A stretch of DNA of 64,000 bases. It comes from Vezdaea acicularis (taxonomy: Eukaryota). The DNA is taken from contig JAPEUI010000029.1 of NCBI GenBank assembly GCA_026025075.1, forward strand, positions 1 to 64,000, read 5' to 3'. This document shows positions 1-12,449 of this stretch, piece by piece. The notes under the pieces were generated by a model. It was not told the DNA's origin. It made no database searches and saw only the letters and a list, made by a program, of their open reading frames with translations. Position 1 is the stretch's first letter; each line of letters begins with the position of its first letter. A program made the position numbers and the translations under genes.

Positions 1-120
1 ACCCTAACCCTAACCCTAACCCTAACCCTAACCCTAACCCTAACCCTAACCCTAACCCTAACCCTAACCCTAACCCTAACCCTAACCCTAACCCTAACCC
101 TAACCCTAACCCTAACCCTA
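1..120. repeat. Telomeric repeat array (CCCTAA)n / (TTAGGG)n, left chromosome end
   Basis: 20 perfect ACCCTA units from base 1 to 120, C-rich strand reading inward as expected at a left end. Confidence 0.99.
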
Positions 121-653
121 AAATCGCTAAAAAACTGACATTGTATTGGATAACAATTCCATGTAGCCGCTCACGCGGTTTCGCCCGAAATTATCTGTAA
201 GGTGATCTCGTCTAATCGATTGGGCATATCCGCGTGCAAAATTCGGCGAATTCCCGACCGATACATTGTATCACTAAAGACAAAATACTACGTAGGACTC
301 ACGTCCGGACCCACAATTACGAAAAACTAGAGAAGAAGCCTTGCACCCTTAATCATGCTTATAACCATGTCTAGGTGGCATCTTTTTACACCTCTATCAA
401 TTTAAGCGTACATCAACCTTTCTCGAAAAAGATTGGTATGAGAAACTTTCTCCCTCTCGATCTACTCCGTCAAGCATTTAGGGGCTACCACTATGGGTTA
501 TTCCAAGTGGACTGTCACTTCCCACCAACGGGCTTTGCTTTTGGTATGTTGAATCATGGCAACTCAAGGCACGTTCTAGGCTTAAAGTTTACAACTTTAC
601 TTTTCCAAGCTATACTCAATTATTAATACTACATTTACAGTGTCTCGTATTTC

Positions 654-3600
654 TCAACCCGAAATCTGTCCTCTCTTAGCTAGAGCCCATGCTACAATAT
701 TCCTAGCCTGCTCCGGCGCACCCTCGAGTAGCTCCCAGAATGTCTCTTTCGAATGCTTGTGGAGCTCTACCGAGAGTTCCACGACTGATCGCCTGACATC
801 GGGATCGTCGCTTTTCAACGCCTTGACCATGAAAGACCCTAGGGCCCGGAGTTGCTGCTGTGGCAACATGGTCTTGTTCTGCGAAGAGTTTCTCAAAAGG
901 CCACTTAAAATATCAGCACTCAATTTGGTTGTAGTTGAATGACATGACGCCGACACGTCTTCGCGATCAATCTGTGCGAGAATAGACTGGATTGCGGCTT
1001 CTGGCTCTACAAGCGAAACGAGCTCTTCCGTTGTTTTGTCATAGCCGCTAGCGATGTGTGAGGAATCATCATAGTTGCGGCGAGATGAGATGAGGGAGCA
1101 TAGAGAAGATGACAAGAAAGGCATGAAGGAGGACTGGTGGTCGGATAGCATCACTCGAACGGTGTTCAGGGCTTGGCTGCGGACGTCGAGAGCTTTCTTC
1201 TCTTCGAGCGTTGGCGGGATTTTACCTCTCGAGTTACCATACCTTATTTCCATCATTCGCGAATCTGCTTTTGGACGAGAAACGTCGATAGGTTTGTCAA
1301 GTGCTTGGAGTAGTGAAGTAAGTAGGGCAGAAAAGGTGGGATCTCCCGCCGGAAACGATGGCTGTTCTTTAATCAACTTCTGAATCTTTCGGAACCCTTG
1401 AATATCCAAATTTCCGGTCTCAATTTTGACGATCCCGCTCCTCAAAAGTCGATGATAACGATCCTGCAATGCTACATCACCTTCTGGAGTACCCAGCACC
1501 TTAGTGTCTTGGTAGCTCTGGAGGCGAGCTGGTGAAGGTGCGTTTGGGTTACCGGGCTCATTCAGGGTGAGTTCATGTAAGGCTGCACCCTTAGGTGGTG
1601 TTTTGGGCGACCTTACTTTGTCTGCGATGGCACTGGAGTCCTCAAATACTTGCAAAGGATCCACTACAGGACGCAGTTCGATAGGCCCTTCCAATGCGAT
1701 TCGACCTTGAGTTGATGGTTTGATGATTGGCATGACTATTGTCAAGTCTTCGTCTGCTTTGACTGGACTATAAATATTAGGGTGTGATTTCGAGACAGTA
1801 TGGTGGGGCAACACTGGACTAGTGCCAGGCCTATAGGCCGTTTTATTCCTCGACGGACTTGTCACGGGGCTGGGAATCTTTGACTTTGGTCGAGTAGCAC
1901 CGGTAGCTGGTGTCGCAGCGGGCGTTTCTGCTCTGCCATGGTTACGGCGAACAGAATAGGGATCAGCTGTTGCTGGCCTTGCGATTTCAGGTCGACGAGC
2001 GACTCTGTGCGGCCGAACCGGTTTTGATGCCAATCCTCCAGCTACTGATGTAGAAGGTACCTTGTCAGGTGAAAACATCGCCAACGCCGAGCCAGGGCGA
2101 GATGGGGGTAATTTAGCCTTGGCTGCCACGGCGGCTCTCTGTTGAGCCAATAGTTCTTTCAAAGAGGGCTTGGGAGGGGCAGTCGTACTGCGAGAAAAAG
2201 CGGGCGCCTTCCCGCCTGCGACGCTGCTGGCGGCCGTTGTTGATAGAGATGGATTAGGATTGGCAGGATGATTTTCGAGGAGCTTTTGGTAGGTGGCATT
2301 CAACGCAGACATGATTCTAATCGCTGTTAGCAACAAGAAAGCGTCGGGCAGAGGAGAATACAAACGCATCAGCTCTCTCTGGCCATATCGAAGCAAACAT
2401 CCAGTATGTACCTCTCATTGACTCACGAACGTCTTTATCCGAATCTTCCAGACCTCTTTGAATACATTTCTGCATTAAATCTGCCCCGCCACTGTGTTCT
2501 AGGTGATTTCTGTGACCGCCATGCTTGGTAATCATAGTCTTCAACCAACCGGTAGCGTATTTTCGAGGCTGTATATTTTTATCTTGGCATGCACTCCATA
2601 TGTGTTGCATGAGACGAATGTTATAGGAAACGTTAGCCAGAATAGCGTTCACAGTAGCGTCACCATTTGCGGCGCTGATCTTCTTTGTTCCACCACAGAG
2701 CTTTATAAGACTCTGTAGTAAGATCTCAACCATGGGATCAAGCCCCGGGCCGGCAGCCTTCGCTATGTCTTGTACAAGGCGGCAGCCATTTGTGGAGACA
2801 GTGGTTCTTAGAGAGTTTACTGTCTTCAAAATGCCGTCGAGGAGACCTTTGACGCCTGCTAAATATGCGGCGGTGAATTCATGTGGCGCGTTGCCCATTG
2901 TGATTTTGTCAAGTTTGAGAATACTTTTCTCGCGCGGACTCCAGTTCTGTTCAGATTCTTTACCTTCAAAGAATGGTTGCATATCTCGAAACGTTCCCTC
3001 CAGTTCTTTCTGTGTATATATCTGAATGCCTGATTCTTTCTCGGACATTGTGAAAGTTGTGGCTGAATCAGGAAAATTACTAGCAACTATCGATACTGAA
3101 TAGGAAACGACAGGATAGCCTGAGATCGTGGATGCATGAGTTGGCTTGGGCCGATCCGCACCTTGAGGTGTTGGAGCAACTGGGCCAAAGTCCCCACCTT
3201 CAGACGTACTCAATTGCGCGAGGATGTAATCAACAATTGTTTTTCGAACGTTTCGCTGCTGGAGCTGTTTCTTCAGATCTGCTTTTGCGCGACCCTCCGC
3301 GTTCCTAAGAGAGAATCAGGAGAAACCCTTGGCTAGCCTAGGAGCAGACACTTACTGGAATAGACCAACAATGGTTATCTTTGCTCTTTCCCTGACAGCC
3401 CCATCTGCATCTTCCAATGCATCCACAAGTTTTGGAACGAAGGCTTTGAAATGAAGACCGAATTCTTGATGGACCTGCGATATCCATTGCATTGCGGACT
3501 CTTTAGCTCTGGCGTTCTTCCCGGTCAATGCGTTATCTCGTATCGCCGTCTCTACCTCTGGCGAGCATACGCTCCAAAAATCTACCAGACACTGCTTGGC

Positions 3601-3939
3601 AAGCTCGCGATGCCGCTCTTTTGGGTCTCCCAAGCGGTCCACAATGAGGGGCAGGAACCGGCCTGTTTGTGGTATGATATAGTTTGGTTCTTGGGTATGC
3701 AGGCGTTTAAGAAGATGCCCAAGGGTAGAGAGACCCATTGTAAACAGCGCAGATTGCTGTGGTTCCATGCATACTCGGACCAGTTCAAAAAGTGGACCGA
3801 TGGCTGCTTCTACCACGGTATATCGCTTGAGGGTCGACTTGATATCATTCAGGAGCGAGACCTTAGCTTCGTTGGGGACGTTAGGATCTTTGATTTGCTT
3901 CAGATTGTCCTTCGCTTGGACCTCTGTGATTTTCGACAT
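654..3939 (-). CDS. STU1: CLASP-family microtubule-binding protein Stu1 (3 exons)
   Basis: Joins three ORFs. ATG 3939 (MSKITEVQAK); introns 3355-3305 (GTAAG..TAG) and 2365-2317 (GTTTGT..GCTAAC..TAG) restore frame. HEAT/TOG-like N-terminus (LIVDRLGDPKERHR, LEDADGAVRERAK), CLASP_N signature FFEGKESEQNWSPREKS...SLRTTVSTNGC, S/P/R-rich linker, C-terminal DDPDVRRSVVE. Confidence 0.92.
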
Positions 3940-4176
3940 TGCGGAGGCCGAAACAATAGGTAGAACGTAAAGGTCGTTCGAACTTAGTCGCGGGGGTTCC
4001 AAGGGCAGGAGGTTAAGTGTTTATGTTTCTAGCGTCGCGTGAGAACATCTTCGAATCTACCAAACGTGACGAAGCCCGGACACGGACGCTGTACAATCAC
4101 GAGGAGAAGTCCATCATTGTGTGAATCAGCTCTGGACCTATAACTTGCGTGATAGATTAAAATTGCGAATCACGAG

Positions 4177-5136
4177 ATGAAGGATATGTCTTCACAACAG
4201 TCAAAGCTTCCACCGCCAGTAATATTGCAAATGTCGTCCACTACTGCGGGCCCACCTGTCCCAACCCCATCACCTCTTCCATTTCGCCCTTCTACCTCGA
4301 GTCGCGAGACAGTTGCAGTTGCAAATGCAAAAGGACCGCAAAATCCAAGCGCTTCATTTCCCACGCCCAAACTACTTTTGAAGATCAAAGACCTCTCATC
4401 CAAAGGCACTCGCGACTTCCTAAGCTCGGTGAACGCGAGCACGATTGCCGAAGATGCCGTCAAGGGTGTTTTCACATGGTTGTATGAGAAAGACTCTGTG
4501 CTTCCCACTACTCGATCCGTAACACTAGTACTGCGGGCCATGGATGGTGTAGCTTACACGACAGGTAAAGATATTGATGACGACCACAAAGAGATTCACT
4601 TCTCTACCAATTATATCGATCAGATCTCGTCTGACCGGAAAGGGAACGAAATTCTAGGCGTCTTACGGCACGAGATGGTTCATTGTTTCCAATATAATGG
4701 GTACGGAACTGCCCCTGGAGGTCTGATAGAAGGCATTGCAGACTGGGTGCGACTCAAGTCCGGCCTAGTCCCTCCGCATTGGACAAGAGACGCAGATGGG
4801 GACTGGGATGCCGGGTATCAACATACAGGATACTTTCTAGAATATTTGGAAAAGAGGTTCGGGGTAGGGACCGTGGTTGCCATTAACCGGCAGTTACGGA
4901 CCAAAACATATGACGAAGATAAGTTCTGGCCGCACCTTTTTGGACATAAGGTAAATGTTCTTTGGAGGGACTACGGGAAGAGCCTGAAGGGAGAATTAGA
5001 AAACGAGGAGGAGCCAGTGATGGTAGAGATGACTGAAGTTCAAGATGATAATGGCCAAGATGCCGTGGAACATGCTGGGAATCAGCAAGGTTGCGTTGAC
5101 GAGAAGAAAAGCCCCATTGACACATCATTAACTTAG
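4177..5136 (+). CDS. BSP/PBSP-domain (basic secretory protein-like) putative zinc peptidase
   Basis: Single-exon 319 aa ORF with MDGVAYT, HEMVH (HExxH), GLIEGIADWVRL and WDAGYQHTGYFLEYLE motifs typical of the BSP family; start may be 4186 or later. Confidence 0.85.
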   Translation: MKDMSSQQSKLPPPVILQMSSTTAGPPVPTPSPLPFRPSTSSRETVAVANAKGPQNPSASFPTPKLLLKIKDLSSKGTRDFLSSVNASTIAEDAVKGVFTWLYEKDSVLPTTRSVTLVLRAMDGVAYTTGKDIDDDHKEIHFSTNYIDQISSDRKGNEILGVLRHEMVHCFQYNGYGTAPGGLIEGIADWVRLKSGLVPPHWTRDADGDWDAGYQHTGYFLEYLEKRFGVGTVVAINRQLRTKTYDEDKFWPHLFGHKVNVLWRDYGKSLKGELENEEEPVMVEMTEVQDDNGQDAVEHAGNQQGCVDEKKSPIDTSLT

Positions 5137-8100
5137 GGTGGGCACGCTAAAAGCGGACCAAGCTTTCAAATACTCCCGTTCTATTGGCAAGTTCAAACCT
5201 ATTCAAGATCAATCTTGGTCAACGGCGACTCTTCGCACAGATTACTTGCCTTAGTGAATGCACAAGCGGTCCATCAACGACAGCTTTGACAAGAGCGTGC
5301 AATTGTGGAACCAATGATTTGTGCTGACTTTGTGCAAAACTCGGCCCTGTAGTGCCGTCTGGGGTTGGTTTATGAGATTGAGGTTGGGGTTGGCGGGCCT
5401 CAGTCTGACCACTAAATTCGGATCAAATTACTAACACCCAGACTGGGGCTGGCCTAAACCCTCAAGTCGGAATTAGTTGTGGCAAATGAGGGTCAAGAGA
5501 CCTAAATGGAAATCAAATGATAGATGAATTTGATACTTGGGTTTAAGAATAGAAACAAAGGAACCAGGGTTTAGCCACCTCGTCACTCCACGTTCCGAGA
5601 AATCCTTTGTTGTCTCAATTACAGCTTTGATTTTAACAGAAATATACATGTTGTTTTGTCCAATAACACGCCATAACATAGAATATTCCGGTGACAAAAT
5701 AATTCAAAATTAAATCCAGATCCACAGTAGCATTCTTTCCTGGACAAAGCGAACAAGAAAAAGGTATCACGGATTTTATTGAGATTTTTGTAGGTGGCTT
5801 TGATTGGGATAAAATTGATAAGCCCAGTAAAACGAGTGTGGTAGGTATCTTGACCACGGAATGGGACTTGGCGTTGTTTATGGCATTGACCCGGTTCATT
5901 GACGATTGCCGACGGGACTGCTTTCGGGAATACTTAAGGTTACCCCGCTGCATCACCCCACCTTGAACGAATCATGCCCAAAACGTCATGGTTGATCAGT
6001 CCTCTTGCGCTAGATATGACGGGAGAGAAGCTCGCGTAGTGATTGGCGAAAAGAATCTCACTGTCGATCAGGGGGGCCATCTGCGAAAAGCTTTCACGGC
6101 TATGGGCTTACACCTAGTGATACTGATCAGGGCAATTAGGACAACTACAGCGGCCTCTCTAGCTTCATTTGTCCCCAGAGTGGTGCACCTGAGATTGTAA
6201 CCGCTTTCGTCATTCTCTATGTTTGAGTCCTCGCTGAATTAGCCGGTGAGACCTCTAAGCTCTAAGCAGCGATGAGTTTAGGATACGTCATGCATGAGGC
6301 TACAGAAAGAGCTTGCATTAGGTCGTGAGGCTTCCCGCATGGCCGTCAAAAAGATTTACGTCCGCTAGAGAATCCTCCAACGCTCAGCATGGATATAACG
6401 ACATCACCGTGCGCGAGCTGATCTTCCAAACTTCGAGCACTGTTAGAGCCAGCTTGGCTGGTCCTTGCCATTGCCTCGGACGATGGATTGCAGCTGGGGC
6501 TTTATGAGATGTTGCGTGATGCTCGTACACGGGTAGGCAACCGACTTCGCCTCAACGCGGGAAAGTCGCAGCCGTCTTGCAGAGGATGAGCAGTAGATAG
6601 CAAAAAATAGCAGATAGATTTAGTCTTGTCCAAATTAGGGTCACGTGATATCGGCTTGGCACAGGTTCGGTATCACCGACGTGACGAATAAAGCTGACCC
6701 GCTGCTTTCAGATGACTTGGACAACTACCGTCTATTCCGATGCCTTTACTATATCTCTCCGAAACTCTTCATTCATGAGAGGATATTCTGTTGCTCGTCA
6801 GAGAGTCCCCAGCTGGACAAAGGCTGTTGCCGCTGTGCGAGGATGGGAATCCTTCGGAGGATCAGCCCCCTCTGCACCTGCCGCATCAGGTTCACTCCTC
6901 CACCCCGAATGATGGTAGCCTATCCTGCCCTCTCGTTGCTTCCCTCCCTGACCATCGCGAGGGGCCCGAGCTGAGTTTATTGGATGGGGCGGATTTCTCG
7001 ACCTGAGAGGCGTCGCCCAATATCACGAACTTGATGGCCTCCAAAACCCTTCGAGGCTTTCTCACATCGATACTGCTTTCGTGGTAAAACCCACGCGAGA
7101 TGCGCGTGGTCAAGCCACACTGGCAGGGGCTTGGGTAAAATATAAGCGGCTTCATCTCTATGGGCAGGCTATTTCCGATCCCCCCACCCTGGATGACACT
7201 CGCGACACTGGATGCTCCCCAACCGTCAGGAGCTGTGCGTGCTTGCGGTGAGAAAGACCAAGCCTACGGAGATAAAACCTTCTCTGTCTAGCGGCCCTGA
7301 TCGACCACGACCGTGCAGTCCATAATGCAGTCCATAATGTGCTGAATGCATAGTTGATCGAGCCCGCGATGATGTACATGCGGGGTTGAAAGGAAGATGA
7401 TCGACTTTTTTCATTGCCAAGTTCGGGGGCGGCCCCAGATCTCCTAGAGTGGTGTCCGGCGGGCGATGTGGAGTGCCCCCATGGACGCTACTGTCGTTGG
7501 CACGTTTTCTGGCCCTTAGTGCACCAAGGCTTGGCGCCACTGGGCATCTCCCCCTTTCCTTGGACACCGTTGCCGTCATAGTGCTCTCCAGCACTCTGAT
7601 TAGTCGAACACAGACAGCGCAGCCACAAGCCCGCGGCAACTCGACGGTCCAGTCATTGCTTTTGTCGAGGTAATAACCAAACTGCAGTCTGGGTTCATGG
7701 ATCCGATTTGTCGACGGCGCAGGGTTGCCATGTGACTGGTGAGCGTGAAGGGTCGGCCGCTCAGCTTGGGACGAGAGGAGAGAACGACGGGCGCGATGTC
7801 GATTCGTTCGTCACAGCATCACGCACGAAGGGGGGGTTTTCGAAGCGTCTGATCTTCTATATCTCTCCTCAGCCGTCCTCAGACACGAGCCGTCCGTACT
7901 CGGTATAGGAAGGAAAATTGGGAACAGTCGGCGCCATCACCCCGCATTATTGCCATGATCCACCATGGGCCGCCTTTCATACCTCCCGCACTTCCCTACA
8001 CTTCCTACGCCAACCCAGGATCCCGCTGCAGCCATCTTCGTAAAGGCATTGCTAGTGGTTGAGCCGGTAGTGACGATCAGTGGCCCGCTGTTGATCAAGT

Positions 8101-8925
8101 CTGCGGCAGACCGCGCTAGACATCGTGGACCTTTCAAGCCTCTGACCAAATCGCCATGATGATTGCTTCATTGGACCAGGTCGCCGCAGCTTCTGCAGAC
8201 AGCTGATGACGGAGAGGTACAGGCAATGCTATTCTGGATGGTGTTCCTTGTCTCTTGTCTGTCGATAGATTAGGACTGATTTTGGTGCCACCTCCCTCAT
8301 TCCCTCCACATCGCCGCCGTCGCTCGTCTACATGCGTTTCATGCCTTTTTCTTAAACAGTCGCTGTCTGCTCCTAGGTTTCATCGCAGACCTGCCTAAGT
8401 TGTTGCTGCTCGTGTTATCTCTCCCCCACTGACTCTCTATACTCCACTGGTTGACATAACGGAGGTGGCCGACTTACCTTTTTCTATTCCTCCATCACTT
8501 TGTATCAAAAAGGACTAGGGGATCAGACGTTGCTCTTACAGGAATCTAATATTCCTTCTCCTCGCAGAAAGAGCGAGCTATACTCTTACAGGCACCGCAA
8601 AGACCACCTCATAAAGGACGAGGGCCATCCAATCTGGAACTATCCCGCTCTCCGAGTTCAGTTCGGCCCAAAAGCACTGGGCACCATCAAGTCAGAACGC
8701 CCGCGTAAATCGCTCATGCCTTTACATTCAAGCCCTCAACATCTCACAAACCAGGACGCTCGCACCGACTTCGCTCACCGCGCAGCAGGAAACGAGAAAG
8801 CACCGGCCAAGACTGTCGCTCTTCCTTCCAATAGCCTTCACACCAACGGACGGTCCCTCCACTAACCTATATCTCGGCCATCGAGAGAACGAACCTCTTG
8901 CTTCATCTATAGCCTCAGTGTCAGC

Positions 8926-10254
8926 ATGGCCGACAGTGGTGCGAACAGCGGCTTGATCGCCTCGAATCCACCGACATGGATGGCCATCTCAGCCTTCACG
9001 GCGGTCGCGTGGTTTAATGTCATCGAGCTCAACCTTCAGATCTTCTTAACCTTCAAGCGACATAGAGGGCTCTATTTCTGGTCACTCCTCATCTCGTCAT
9101 GGGGAGTCGTTCTCCACGCGCTTGGGTTTATTCTAAAGTTCTTCAACAAAGCGGAGATCTGGTTTTGCGTCTCGCTCATCACCGTAGGCTGGTACGCCAT
9201 GGTGACGGGCCAGTCCGTCGTCCTCTATTCGCGCCTCCATCTTGTCGTTCGAGATCACCGCATCTTACGCGGCGTTCTAATCATGATTTGTGTCGATGCA
9301 TTTTGTTTTCACATACCTACGACCGTCCTCACTTTTGGCTCTAATCGGCCTCAACGCGATGATCTCACGACATCCTTTACCAACGCATTCAGCTATATGG
9401 AACGGATCCAGATGACAGCCTTCTGTACACAGGAATTCATTATCTCGGGTCTCTACGTATGGGCAACGCTCAAACTCCTCAAACCCATCTACCATGGGCG
9501 GACACGCAAAGTCATGACTCACTTAATATGGATCAATGTAATCATCGTGATTCTTGACATCGTCCTGCTCGTCATGGAGTACAAAAACTATTACGAGATT
9601 CAAGCGACCCTAAAAGCTATGGTGTACTCCATCAAGCTCAAACTCGAATTCGCCGTTCTCAACCAGCTGATGACCCTCGCCAATGCTGGCGTCAACGAGG
9701 CTCAGATGCGCTCCCACCACACTGCGGACGAGCCGCACTACCGTCGTTCTGAGTCCATAGCAACGCATAACACCCGCTCCGCCAGCGTTGACCCCTCGGG
9801 CTTCAATGGTAACCCTGCTGGCGATCCGCAGATCGGCCATTCCACCGTCGCGACACGCCTCGCTCCGAAACATCCTCTCTGGACACCTTCACTCGATCGC
9901 AATTGTATTGTCAAGACACAGCATGTTGAAGTTTCGTCTACATCGAAGGAGTGCGAAGAAGCAACTCGCTCCGGTACTGGCCTTGCCACATCCAACGTGG
10001 GTCCCGCGGGCCAAGATAGCCTCATGGGAACTACCATCGTGGAACCAACTAATGAACACCACTCGAAGCACAGCCGGCACGAAAGGCTAATACGGAGCAC
10101 GAGGCCATCCGTCGAGGACTTCGGCACTGGTGAAGGTTCGGAGACGGGCAGTGAGACGAAGTTAAACCCTTATCCCGGGCCGATTCCGCAACTGGGAAGA
10201 GAGCGGACCGATAGATGGGAGAAGAGCGACTCGATTGAAAAGAACAGTCTCTAG
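8926..10254 (+). CDS. Fungal multi-pass integral membrane protein (DUF7703-like, GPCR-like topology) with long cytoplasmic tail
   Basis: 442 aa; about 7 hydrophobic segments in the first 250 aa; motifs TFKRHRGLYFWSLL, VTGQSVVLYSRLHLV, ERIQMTAFCTQEFIISGLY, YSIKLKLEFAVLNQL. Confidence 0.85.
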   Translation: MADSGANSGLIASNPPTWMAISAFTAVAWFNVIELNLQIFLTFKRHRGLYFWSLLISSWGVVLHALGFILKFFNKAEIWFCVSLITVGWYAMVTGQSVVLYSRLHLVVRDHRILRGVLIMICVDAFCFHIPTTVLTFGSNRPQRDDLTTSFTNAFSYMERIQMTAFCTQEFIISGLYVWATLKLLKPIYHGRTRKVMTHLIWINVIIVILDIVLLVMEYKNYYEIQATLKAMVYSIKLKLEFAVLNQLMTLANAGVNEAQMRSHHTADEPHYRRSESIATHNTRSASVDPSGFNGNPAGDPQIGHSTVATRLAPKHPLWTPSLDRNCIVKTQHVEVSSTSKECEEATRSGTGLATSNVGPAGQDSLMGTTIVEPTNEHHSKHSRHERLIRSTRPSVEDFGTGEGSETGSETKLNPYPGPIPQLGRERTDRWEKSDSIEKNSL

Positions 10255-11243
10255 ATGCATTTACGGTGTTTACTTAAAGGCATTTTGGGGCGTTTATCAC
10301 TATTTTATACGTTTAAAGAGGGAATGACATCAAGTTGAGAGAGGGACGATTGGAGACGTTTATGCCCTGCTGGGCGGAAGGGCGTAGCTGATGGTCTTGT
10401 ATAACTGGGCTCGGTGTGTGCGACATATGTGCGAAGATACCTCTTGATTGTATTCTGGCCTGGTCTGGTCGGGGGAATGGGGTAGGTTTCCGGGCTTGGA
10501 AAGCATTACATTATTACCATATTTTCTCACTATTCTTTCTTTTATCATCGTTTGGCGAGCTAAGCTAGCGTTGCATTTGTACTGTAGGAATGAGTCCCGA
10601 AAGAAGAGGGGCGAAGAAAGAAATATTGCCCATTTCATATGAAAGGTGTATCCATTTTTTACCCCTGAACCAGTGAAGAGCTTGTCCCGTATTTTCTCTG
10701 ATGCCGATTCAGTCGAAGACATGATCCGTAAACTAAGACAAGCAGCCTTGCAAGCTAACCGAGGATCAGGATCAAGCCATCGATTCCAGAAAGGGGCTTT
10801 GTCCCTGAGATGAACGTGGCTCGCGTTGCGCGAAGATGGGAATGTAGGCATCACATCACATCTGTCGTAAAGGTCATCAAGAGTCACGAGGTGACGCAAT
10901 CAGTCGAGCGAGGCAAGCCTGCGTTGCGAATTCAAGTGTGTAAAATCAGCATTTGTAGGTAATGGCACTATAGTAATAGTATTCTGCACAGTGAATACCC
11001 CTGGCAGAAATGTGAGGTACGGAACGAGTATGCTTGTATGATGACCACTTGGTGATTCTCTAATATATCATCTAGCCTATTTTGATCTCCTTATGATACA
11101 ATACTCTTCCCAATGCCATAATGTACACCTTCTATAATACACCCTTGGATTGGTAACATTTTGACACCTTTTTTCTTTGACAAACCCACCAGGCTTTTAT
11201 GCTCATGTAAAGTATTAAACAGTCGTGTCGTACAAAGGCCCAT

Positions 11244-12219
11244 CTAGCTGCTATTTCTGTTTCTTTGTGTGGATTCTACCTTTGGGCTAGAATCTGTTAC
11301 ACCGGGTACCTCTGTAGCAGCGGATGGGTTGGAGCCTCTAGGAGCTATGTAATCTTCTGAAGAAGTAGGAGGAGATTCTAGAGGAGAACTTGAATGAATT
11401 TTCTGCTCTTCTTCATCGATCGCTTCGTCAATACCGTCCTCGTCCTCGTCTCCATCAAGCTCAGATCCGTAAACCTCAGGATGCTGTCGGAAACAATCTT
11501 GCATTCCCCTATACGTGAAAAATTTTCGGTCAAAGAGGTTCAAGAGAACAGGTTCTCGGAATCATTATCGGTCAGGGCTTACTTGAAGCGGTCTATACAG
11601 TCCATTCCTTTTGGCTCTTCGGTCGAATATACAAAGCAGCTGAATGCGGCCTTGAACTCCTCCCCACAAGGACCGTGCGCCATACCGCCTAAACAAGGGC
11701 AGTCCCAATTGATTTCGCCTGTCTCCGGATTGAAGGCACCCTCCTGCGAAGCTTTATCTTCGTATTCTTGAGCTGTCTCGGGCTCCCTAGGACCCACATC
11801 GCCCTGTAAAGCTATCGTAGGGGCGGAAGACTGGCCATCAGTATCCACAGCTTGAGCCTGAGATGACGCGCGTTTCTGTCGATTCTCAATGAGGGCCTCA
11901 ATTGTTGGTTGTTTGGTGTCATCTTGCTGAGGCTCCGTGGAGACACCAATACTATCTACATTCACGTAAGCTTAGCGGTAAGGCAAGGTTCTTTTCCAAG
12001 CATACGGTCAAGCTGTTCTGCAAACGCAATACTCCTGTTGTAGTAATAGACGCCCCCAATGGCAAGACCCCATCTTACAGCACTACTTTTCCAACTTCGT
12101 GATTTCTGTGCTGGGGGTGCTGTGCTTAGTGGTCGCCGAGGAAGCGTGCGCGGCACAGTATCAAGGGCGAAAGAATGTGAAGGCCTCTTTAGAAGCGACC
12201 GAAATGCCTGCCGAAACAT
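11244..12219 (-). CDS. MIA40: Mitochondrial intermembrane space import oxidoreductase Mia40 (3 exons)
   Basis: Arg/Ser-rich presequence plus [38 protein letters not shown]...DCIDRFKGMQDCF (CPC plus twin CX9C); introns 12005-11956 and 11582-11509 restore frame. Confidence 0.97.
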
Positions 12220-12449
12220 TGTGGGCCCAATATGGAAGATAGGAATGAGGCTGTTGTTCTATCCTAAGTTCGTGACGTCTGTGAAAAGAATCAATAGAGC
12301 TTTGCCTTTGGGTGACTAAGCAAATTTCGGAGCCGAGGTCTGAGTGAATCCTTTCGTGATGGGGTGTCAGGGAGAATCACAGTCGCAAACTACAATTTGC
12401 TTTAAAACAATGTAGAAAGGGTCCTTCAGGCTTGAAACAGTCACTCGGA

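Noticed and set aside
5453..5470. CCTAAACCCTCAAGTCGG as a telomerase RNA template
   Set aside because: It would template TTTAGGG, not the TTAGGG seen at 1-120, and no other telomerase RNA features were recognised
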